Source: Sulfurihydrogenibium sp. (GTDB lineage Bacteria; Aquificota; Aquificia; Aquificales; Hydrogenothermaceae). Taken from it: a stretch of DNA of 24,845 nt. The stretch covers positions 1-24,845 of the forward strand of contig JBBIPN010000013.1 of assembly GCA_037442825.1 (NCBI GenBank). The letters are read 5' to 3'. The notes beneath the pieces were generated by a model. It did not search any database, had not been told where the DNA came from, and saw nothing but the letters and a program-made list of their open reading frames with translations. Below are positions 9,913 to 17,287 of the stretch, in pieces. Position 1 is the stretch's first letter. Every line of letters begins with the position of its first letter. The translations under genes were made by a program, and so were the position numbers.

Positions 9913-11364
9913 ATTCAACTCTATTTCTACCTTTATTTTTTGCCATATATAAGGCTTCATCTGCCCTTTTGAAAGCATGATCAAAATTTTCTCCTTTTTT
10001 AATCTCAGTTGCTCCTAAACTAACTGTAACTTTCCCAATATTTTTAAAATTATAATTTTCTATATTAAACCTTATTTTTTCTGCAACATTAATAGCATTT
10101 TCTAAATTTGTTTCAGGTAAAATAACTAAAAACTCTTCACCACCCCATCTAATAATATAGTCTGACTTCCTTAATGTAATCTTCACAATATCTGCAACAG
10201 TTTTTAAAACGTAATCACCTTTATCATGACCATATTTATCATTTATTTTTTTAAAATGGTCAATATCAAATACTAAGATAGATAAAGGTTTGTTATTTCT
10301 ATTAGATCTATCCATCTCTATTTGAAGTAAACTATCAATAACTGTCCTATTAAATAATCCTGTAAGCTTGTCTGTAATTGCTTTTGTTTCAGCTAAATTT
10401 CTCATTTTAATAACATATAGTATAAAAATATTTATTAGAAATAAGATAATTAATAAAAATCCTATTGTAATAAAAAAGTTTAAAAAAAAGCTTTTAAATA
10501 CAAAATCTTCCTCATAAGAAACTACATAACCAACATTAGAATTTTTCAAATTTTTTATTCCAAAAAAAGATACTAATATATGTTTATTATCTAGCTCTAT
10601 CGGAATTATAAATGAATCTTCTTTATCAATTTTATCTAAAACTTTTTCACGTATAATTTGATTTACTTCACTTACTTCACTAAATTTAAACTTTTTATAG
10701 GTTCTTGCATCTATAAAATAGTCTTTATTTATCTCACTCTCCACAAAACCTTTATTTTCTTTTATATTGATAAAATCTTTTTTCAATATAAACATATATG
10801 CTTTATCAAATGTCTTAGATAAATTTTTTGAAATTAAAAAAACGGAACATTTAAGTATAAATTACCTACATTTAATCTATCGTAATAAATAGGGTAGAAA
10901 AAAATAAGACTATCTGCAAAATCTTTGTCTATAAGAGATAACGTATTTGCTGTATTTACTATATTACCTATATCAGATAAATTATCTCCAAATTTATTAA
11001 AGTTATGCATCCTTAAAAAAACAGTTCCATCAGAATATACAATTATAAATCTATCAAATCCAACATCTTTTAAATATTTGTAATCTTGTAAGAAATAATT
11101 GTAAACGTTTAACCTATCTGAAAAATCTTTTTTTATAAGATTAGAGAAAATTTTATTATTTTTTATTTTTAAATTATAGTAAAGATTTGAGATGTTTTCA
11201 TATTTTCCTATTTCAACAATAAATTCAGATTTTAATTGTTTTAACTTATTTTGTAAATATACTTCTTCTTTTTGAACCTTATCTCTATATAGAATAAAAA
11301 TTATCAATAGAACAATGATAGCATTTGCTACAATTAAAAGCACTTTTTCTATATTCTTTTTCAT
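9902..11364 (-). pseudogene. Membrane-bound Cache-sensor diguanylate cyclase split by a single-base frameshift (fragments 10834-11364 and 9902-10795)
   Basis: Upstream fragment: TM1 and FLRMH...FGD.LS sensor motif, ending ...VPFF-stop at a T7 run. One extra T joins it in frame to the downstream fragment (TM2, D.LT.L.NR, DIDHFK.IND.YGH.GD, RKSD I-site, GGEEF), giving 487 aa. Confidence 0.85.
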
Positions 11365-11426
11365 TATAATATTTATACCTTTATTTTTTTATCTTATTAA
11401 ATAAATATATTGAGAGGTTTAGTTAA

Positions 11427-12806
11427 ATGCAAGAGAAGAAACTTTGGGGTGGTAGATTTTCAGAAAATACAGATAAGTTTGTAGAAGAGTTTACAGAGAG
11501 TATTTCTTTTGATAAAGAATTAGCTTTATATGATATTAAAGGAAGCATAGCCCATGCAAAAATGCTTGGTAAACAAGGCATAATACCGCAAGAAGATGCA
11601 GATTTAATTATAAAGGGGTTAGAAGAGATAAAAAAAGAGATTGAAGTAGGTAGATTCCAATGGAAACAAGAACTTGAAGATGTTCATATGAATATTGAAA
11701 AAACACTTATAGAAAAAATCGGAGATGTAGGAGGAAAACTTCATACAGGTAGATCAAGGAATGATCAAGTAGTTACAGCATTTAGAATTTATTTAAAAGA
11801 AAATGTAAAGGATATAATAGACCTTTTAGTAGACCTTCAAAAAGAACTTTTAAAGAAAGCACAAGAATATATAGATGTAGTTATGCCAGCTTATACTCAT
11901 TTACAAAGAGCTCAACCAATAAGAGTAGCACACTATTTTTTAGCTTATTTAGAGATGTTTGAAAGAGATAAAGAGAGATTTGAAGATAATCTGAAAAGAA
12001 TTGACATGTTACCATTAGGCAGTGGAGCTGTTGCTGGTGTAGATTTTCCTATAGATAGAGATTTTGTTGCAAAAGAGTTAAACTTTAATCAAATAATGAG
12101 AAACTCCATAGATGCTACAAGTAGCAGAGACTTTGCATTAGAGTTTTTAGCAGATGCTACAATATGTATGTCTAATATGTCAAGGTTTAGTGAAGACCTG
12201 ATTATATACTCTTCTTCTGAGTTTTCATTCGTAGAACTCCCAGATAAATTAACAACAGGTTCATCTATAATGCCTCAGAAAAAAAATCCAGATGTGTTAG
12301 AGCTTATAAGAGGCAAAACAGGAAGGGTGTATGGAAATTTAGTTTCACTTTTAACAACAGTTAAAGGACTACCACTTGCATACAACAGAGATTTACAAGA
12401 AGATAAAGAACCTATCTTTGATAGTGTAAAAACGTTAAAAGGTTCAATAATAGGGTTAACAAAAATTGTTGAAGGTTTGAAAATCAATAAAAAAATTACA
12501 GAATCAGCAGCTGGCGGGTTTGCGTTAGCAACAGATTTAGCAAACTATTTAGTTGAAAAAGGTTTACCTTTTAGAAAAGCCCATCACGTTGTAGGAAGTA
12601 TAGTAGCTTATCTTGTAAAAAATAATAGAGAACTTGAAAGTATAAAATTAGAAGAACTCAAAGATTTTAGCCCACTTTTTGATGAAGATGTTTTAAATCT
12701 TCTTTCTCCTTATGTTGTAGCTGATAGAAGAAAATCTTTTGGTGGGACTTCAAAAGAGCAAATTTTAAAACAAATCGATTTTTGGAAGAATAAATTGAAT
12801 TTATGA
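11427..12806 (+). CDS. argH: Argininosuccinate lyase
   Basis: KLWGGRF, HTGRSRNDQV, YTHLQRAQP, GSSIMPQKKNPD, YNRDLQEDK. Confidence 0.98.
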   Translation: MQEKKLWGGRFSENTDKFVEEFTESISFDKELALYDIKGSIAHAKMLGKQGIIPQEDADLIIKGLEEIKKEIEVGRFQWKQELEDVHMNIEKTLIEKIGDVGGKLHTGRSRNDQVVTAFRIYLKENVKDIIDLLVDLQKELLKKAQEYIDVVMPAYTHLQRAQPIRVAHYFLAYLEMFERDKERFEDNLKRIDMLPLGSGAVAGVDFPIDRDFVAKELNFNQIMRNSIDATSSRDFALEFLADATICMSNMSRFSEDLIIYSSSEFSFVELPDKLTTGSSIMPQKKNPDVLELIRGKTGRVYGNLVSLLTTVKGLPLAYNRDLQEDKEPIFDSVKTLKGSIIGLTKIVEGLKINKKITESAAGGFALATDLANYLVEKGLPFRKAHHVVGSIVAYLVKNNRELESIKLEELKDFSPLFDEDVLNLLSPYVVADRRKSFGGTSKEQILKQIDFWKNKLNL

Positions 12807-14158
12807 TTGTATTTATCTCAGTTTATCTTATTGTTCTTATTTTTATAGGTATTTTAGCTAAAAAGTTTATAGCTTCAGAAAGAGATTATCTTTTAGCTGG
12901 GAATTCTTTACCTTTATCTTTATCTATTTTTACTTTATTTGCTACATGGTTTGGTTCTGAAACAATACTTGGAGCAACAGAAGAAGTTTTAAAAGGTGGT
13001 TTTATACACATTATTGAAGAACCTTTTGGTGCTGCTTTATGTCTTATTTTTGCTGGACTTTTTATTGTAAGACCTTTATATAGAATGAATCTTTTAACTT
13101 TTGGAGATTTTTTTAAAGTTAGATATAGTAAAAATGTAGAACTTATTTCCAGTTTTATGTTGGTTATCTCTTATTTTGGTTGGATTGCAGCTCAATTTGT
13201 AGCTTTTGGGACAGTTTTTAAAATTATCTCTGAATTAGATCTAAAAATATCTATTTTTTTAGGATTTGTTATCTGCCTTATTATGACATTTTTCAGTGGA
13301 ATGTGGGGTGTAGCGTTAACAGATTTTATCCAAACGTTAGTTATTCTAATAAGTATATTGGCTATTTCCCTAGATATTTTAATTTTAGCAGGAGGATTTT
13401 CTGCATTCGAAAAGATTCCACATTCTTACTTTGACATCTTACCTCAACCAGATTATTTAAGTTTAATAAGTTATTTCGTAGCTTGGATAACTATTGGTCT
13501 TGGTTCTATTCCAGGTCAAGATTTGTTTCAAAGATTTATGTCTTCAAAATCTGAAGAAGTAGCTTATAAATCAGCTATAATCTCTGGATTTATGTATCTT
13601 ACAGTTGCATTGATACCTATTTTAACGGTAAGCATAATCTATTTTAACTTCAACTTTAAAACTGAAAGTACACTTTTAGATTTTATTTATTTAAATTCTG
13701 ATCCTATTATAAAGTATCTATTTTTTGCTGGTTTGTTATCTGCTATAATAAGTACAGCAACAGCAGCTATACTTGCCCCTTCAGCAATACTAAGTGAAAA
13801 CATTCTAAAGTATACATTTAAAAATATCTCTGATAAATCCTTATTGATATTAACAAAAACATCTGTAGTGTTTATAGCCTTTATATCTTTATTACTATCA
13901 TATACAGGAGAAAGTATATATAACCTTGTAGCCTCATCTTCTATTATAACGTTAGTATCTCTTTTTGCGCCATTTATATTTGGACTTTACTGGAAAAAAT
14001 CTAATGAGATAGGAGCTTTAGTTTCTATATTCTCTGGTTTTAGTGTCTGGTTTATTCTAAACTTTATATTTAACCAAGAAGTACTATCTATATTCTTTGG
14101 ATTTATTACAAATATCTTTACAATGGTAGCCTTCTCACTTTTTAGTAAGAAGACTTAA
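12803..14158 (+). CDS. Sodium:solute symporter (SSS/SLC5) family protein
   Basis: DYLLAG, FATWFGSETILG, G..GVALTD.IQ, LGSIPGQDLFQR, LLSAIIST; about 12-13 TM helices; ATGA overlap with argH. Confidence 0.9.
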   Translation: MIVFISVYLIVLIFIGILAKKFIASERDYLLAGNSLPLSLSIFTLFATWFGSETILGATEEVLKGGFIHIIEEPFGAALCLIFAGLFIVRPLYRMNLLTFGDFFKVRYSKNVELISSFMLVISYFGWIAAQFVAFGTVFKIISELDLKISIFLGFVICLIMTFFSGMWGVALTDFIQTLVILISILAISLDILILAGGFSAFEKIPHSYFDILPQPDYLSLISYFVAWITIGLGSIPGQDLFQRFMSSKSEEVAYKSAIISGFMYLTVALIPILTVSIIYFNFNFKTESTLLDFIYLNSDPIIKYLFFAGLLSAIISTATAAILAPSAILSENILKYTFKNISDKSLLILTKTSVVFIAFISLLLSYTGESIYNLVASSSIITLVSLFAPFIFGLYWKKSNEIGALVSIFSGFSVWFILNFIFNQEVLSIFFGFITNIFTMVAFSLFSKKT

Positions 14159-14333
14159 CCATTAATAGACCGTTATCTAACTCGAGAATATTCCTTTTAC
14201 CACATTTTTTACAAATATCGTCTCCAAAACCATAACTATCAGAAACGAGAATTACAGAATTGTTTTCTTGACCACATCTACAGATGTAAGAAACTTCTTT
14301 GAACTCTAAATTAAGGTCTTTTAAGGTTTTCAT
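14142..14333 (-). CDS. Small Cys4 (CxC...CxxC) zinc-ribbon / rubredoxin-like hypothetical protein
   Basis: 63 aa with CRCG and CKKCG knuckles; strong AGGAGGTG RBS 6 nt upstream of the ATG. Confidence 0.78.
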   Translation of the reverse strand: MKTLKDLNLEFKEVSYICRCGQENNSVILVSDSYGFGDDICKKCGKRNILELDNGLLMVKSSY

Positions 14334-14338
14334 TTTTT

Positions 14339-14378
14339 ACACCTCCTATATTTTTAAATAATTTTACATAGGAGGTGT
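14339..14378 (-). promoter_or_regulatory. Shine-Dalgarno-sequestering hairpin in the leader of the 63-aa gene
   Basis: Perfect 11-bp inverted repeat ACACCTCCTAT (14339-14349) / ATAGGAGGTGT (14368-14378) with an 18-nt AT-rich spacer; one arm is the RBS; no U-tract follows it on either strand. Confidence 0.65.
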
Positions 14379-14405
14379 TAAGGAATTATTAAAGTACTAT
14401 TAAGA

Positions 14406-14855
14406 TTACTTTATTTTTTCACCTTTTTCATAGTTGGCATCAAAATATTTTAAAAACTCATCTGTTTTATCAAGTTCTGGTTTTCCATATAAAACAGCTT
14501 GTTTATCAACAATTAAAGAATAATTATTTGCCTTTGCGAAAGACTCAAGGTTTGTTTGAACAAGCTTCATAAATTGAGATAAAAGTTCATCTCTTCTCTT
14601 TAAAACTTCTTGTTGTTTTTGTATTGCAAAGTTTTGAAATTCTTCTTGAGATTTTTGATCTTGTTTTAATTCTTTCTGTTTTGCTTCAACTTCAGATTTA
14701 GCTTTTGATCCAGCCTCTTCTAAAAGTTTCTGTGCATCTTTCCCAGCCTTTGAGCTGTTTACAATAGTTTGAACATCTACAAAAATAATATCAGATGCCT
14801 TTGCAAATGTAAAGATAAAAAATAATACCAAAAACGACAGTAAAGATTTTTTCAT
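14406..14855 (-). CDS. OmpH/Skp-family periplasmic chaperone
   Basis: Signal peptide (AKA); I.FVD.Q.I...S..GK.A...L; coiled coil; Y.LIVD...VLY....D.T; GGAGG RBS at 14861-14865. Confidence 0.88.
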   Translation of the reverse strand: MKKSLLSFLVLFFIFTFAKASDIIFVDVQTIVNSSKAGKDAQKLLEEAGSKAKSEVEAKQKELKQDQKSQEEFQNFAIQKQQEVLKRRDELLSQFMKLVQTNLESFAKANNYSLIVDKQAVLYGKPELDKTDEFLKYFDANYEKGEKIK

Positions 14856-14882
14856 GAAAACCTCCAGTAATAAAATTTTTAA

Positions 14883-15719
14883 TTATTCAATAACACATAT
14901 ACATTCTGGTCTTTTTATTCTTAGTGCTACTATTTCAAAAACTCTAAAGTAATGGTCCATATTATCATAATTTACATAAGCTGTGATCATATCTTGAGAA
15001 ATAAATAAATCTAAATTTTCTAATCCAGTAGAAACTACAACAGCTGTAAACTGAGGAATTACTGGTGTAGTAAATACACCTACATCAAAAAGTTTCTTTA
15101 TCTGATCTATTTCTAATGTTCCACTATTTCCGTATAATCTATGAAGCATAGCATAATCTTGAGGGTTCAATACCAAAGCAAAATTATTGTAAAAACCCTG
15201 CTCATTTAGTTTTACAACAGCATTTAGTATATCTTTGAAAGCTTGACCTTCCATAGACCAATCTGATATATTAACAGAGTTTTTACCTTCTACATTTAAA
15301 AGACCAGGAAAACCGGTTTCTATATCTCCATGAAAGATAAACCTATCTTCTGCTACAGCAACTTGAGATGCTGCAGCTGCTGCAACACTAAAATCTAATT
15401 GAATATTAAATTTACTTGAAGTTTCAATATCTCTCCAATGAATTTTAAAATCTTTATAAATAATAGGGATGGGCAAATACTTCCTTTCTTTAACTTTTAC
15501 TATTCCACATTCAGTTTCACCAAATAAACCACAAACACCAGAATCTCCTGTATCTATCGAATCATAAGGAACATGACTTACAGATGGGTCAAAAGGACCA
15601 CTAACTTCTATAAACCTTCTACCTACAAGAACCCTTTTTGCAGTTTCTATCACAACTTTATCCAACCTTTCCCAATCTTGAGTTGATAACGGTGATTCAT
15701 TTCTTTTTAAATATTCCAT
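14883..15719 (-). CDS. Family 1 encapsulin shell protein (Linocin_M18 type, HK97 fold)
   Basis: YLKR..SPL...DW..LD, L.GRRFIEV.GP, ED..IF.G, PGL.N, LDL.I.QD..TAY, FRV.E...LRIKRP; GGAGG RBS at 15726-15730. Confidence 0.95.
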   Translation of the reverse strand: MEYLKRNESPLSTQDWERLDKVVIETAKRVLVGRRFIEVSGPFDPSVSHVPYDSIDTGDSGVCGLFGETECGIVKVKERKYLPIPIIYKDFKIHWRDIETSSKFNIQLDFSVAAAAASQVAVAEDRFIFHGDIETGFPGLLNVEGKNSVNISDWSMEGQAFKDILNAVVKLNEQGFYNNFALVLNPQDYAMLHRLYGNSGTLEIDQIKKLFDVGVFTTPVIPQFTAVVVSTGLENLDLFISQDMITAYVNYDNMDHYFRVFEIVALRIKRPECICVIE

Positions 15720-15739
15720 AATTTTCCTCCTCTCTTAAA

Positions 15740-15748
15740 ATTATAGCA
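15740..15748 (-). promoter_or_regulatory. Putative extended -10 promoter for the encapsulin gene
   Basis: Minus-strand TGCTATAAT, a perfect TGnTATAAT, about 10 nt upstream of the RBS. Confidence 0.55.
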
Positions 15749-15766
15749 TAAATATAGATTTTACAA

Positions 15767-15795
15767 TTGAAATTTTCAATGATTAGCTATATTAT
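15767..15795 (+). promoter_or_regulatory. Putative sigma70 promoter of rnpB
   Basis: TTGAAA (15767-15772), 17-nt spacer, TATTAT (15790-15795), ending 9 nt before P1 of RNase P RNA. Confidence 0.6.
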
Positions 15796-15804
15796 AGATT
15801 ATTA

Positions 15805-16152
15805 GCCGTAGCTTTAAGGTGGATTGCAGATAGCTTTAAGGCTATCTGAGAAAAGTCCGGACTCCATAGGGCAGGGAGCTGTTGAAAGACAGGTGGGGGT
15901 AACCTCACAGAATAGGGCCACAGAAAACAAACCGCCAATCCGCACACCATTTTGGTGTGGACATGGAGGCAAGGGTGAAAAAGTGGGGTAAGAGCCCACT
16001 ACTTACAATGGTGACATTGTAAGTTGGTAACCCTCTCTCGGAGCAATCCCAAGTAGGAAGGCGATACCAGGCTTGCCCGGCCGATGCCTTCGGGTTGGGA
16101 GCTTAGATAAATGTCCACTAAAACAGAATCCGGCTTACTCTAAAGCTACGGC
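15805..16152 (+). ncRNA. rnpB: RNase P RNA, bacterial type A, lacking P18
   Basis: 12-bp P1 GCCGTAGCTTTA/TAAAGCTACGGC; P4 AAGTCCGGA/TCCGGCTT; conserved ACAGAAAAC.ACCGCC, AGGGTGAAA, GGTAAGAGC, GGAGCAA, ACAGAATCCGGCTTA; P6 GGGCAG/TTGCCC. Confidence 0.98.
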
Positions 16153-16176
16153 AAAACAAAATAAAAAAAGGTAAAG

Positions 16177-16962
16177 ATGAACATATTCATTTTAACTATA
16201 TTTACTGAATATTTTGAGTGTTTTAAAAAATATGGTATAGTAAACAAAGCTATAAAAAACAACTTAGTAAACATTCAAACAGTAGACCTTAGAAATTTTA
16301 CGACAGATAAACATAAAACAGTGGATGATGTTGTATATGGCGGTGGTCCTGGTATGTTACTTAAACCAGAACCTATATTTAAAGCTTACAATCATGTAAA
16401 GAATAAAGTAGGAAAACCTTACACAATAATAACTGAACCTTGGGGAAAAAAGTTAAACCAGAATTTGGCAAAAGAATTATCACAGAAAGAAAATCTCTTA
16501 ATAATATGTGGAAGATACGAAGGTGTAGATGAGAGAGTAAAAACATTGGTAGATGAAGAGATATCAATAGGAGACTATATTCTCTCTGGAGGTGAGCCAG
16601 CAGCTTTAGTTATAATGGATAGTGTAATAAGACTATTACCTGGTGCACTTTCAGATAAAGAAAGTTTAAACATTGATTCTTTTAGTGATGGGCTGCTTGG
16701 TTATCCAAACTACACAAGACCAGCAGATTTTGAAGGGTTAAAAGTTCCTGACGTTTTACTTTCTGGTAACCATAAGTTAATAAACCTTTGGAGAAGATTC
16801 CAACAACTAAAGAGAACATACACAAAAAGGCCAGACTTGTTGGAAAAAGCAAATCTATCTATTGAAGATGAAAAAATGTTAAAGTATATTATAGAATGTA
16901 AAGATTTTGAAGATTTTATTAAAGAGGTTAACGTTGCTAAATTTCGAAAAACCACCAATTGA
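16177..16962 (+). CDS. trmD: tRNA (guanosine(37)-N1)-methyltransferase
   Basis: VDD..YGGGPGM, CGRYEGVDERV, SIGDYILSGGE, YTRP, VP.VLLSGNH. Confidence 0.98.
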   Translation: MNIFILTIFTEYFECFKKYGIVNKAIKNNLVNIQTVDLRNFTTDKHKTVDDVVYGGGPGMLLKPEPIFKAYNHVKNKVGKPYTIITEPWGKKLNQNLAKELSQKENLLIICGRYEGVDERVKTLVDEEISIGDYILSGGEPAALVIMDSVIRLLPGALSDKESLNIDSFSDGLLGYPNYTRPADFEGLKVPDVLLSGNHKLINLWRRFQQLKRTYTKRPDLLEKANLSIEDEKMLKYIIECKDFEDFIKEVNVAKFRKTTN

Positions 16963-17269
16963 TGTACTTGAAGATGAAGATAAATATATAGTAATAGTAG
17001 ATGTTCCAGATGTAGAAAAGGATGATATTGAAATTATTGGAGATGAAAGAAGTATAACAATAAAGGGAGTAAGACATAATAAATTTGCTGGAAAATATGT
17101 AATTATGGAAAGATTCTCTGGATTATTAAAAAGAACGATCAGATTTCCTTCATTTATAGATCTATCTCAAAGTAAAGCTTACTATCAAAATGGTACTTTA
17201 ACTATACACATATCAAAGGCAAAAAATAAGTTTATAATAGATAGCATTTGTAAAATAATTATTTTCTAA
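16934..17269 (+). CDS. Hsp20 / alpha-crystallin family small heat-shock protein
   Basis: PPIDV.E..D...V.VD.P.V...DI, ERF.G...R...P, A.Y.NG.L.I; in-frame TTG at 16934 with GAGG RBS preferred over the track start at 16907. Confidence 0.88.
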   Translation: MLNFEKPPIDVLEDEDKYIVIVDVPDVEKDDIEIIGDERSITIKGVRHNKFAGKYVIMERFSGLLKRTIRFPSFIDLSQSKAYYQNGTLTIHISKAKNKFIIDSICKIIIF

Positions 17270-17287
17270 AAATCTGAGGAGGTATGA

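Noticed and set aside
14339..14378. Hairpin as an intrinsic terminator or insertion-sequence end
   Set aside because: No downstream U-tract on either strand, no transposase or target duplication, and one arm is exactly the RBS.
14883..15719. Prophage capsid or bacteriocin interpretation of the HK97-fold gene
   Set aside because: No phage genes nearby; the Linocin 'bacteriocin' label is a legacy name for encapsulins.
15814..15999. 61-aa minus-strand ORF with several Cys
   Set aside because: Antisense to the RNase P RNA gene; an artefact of GC-rich structured RNA.
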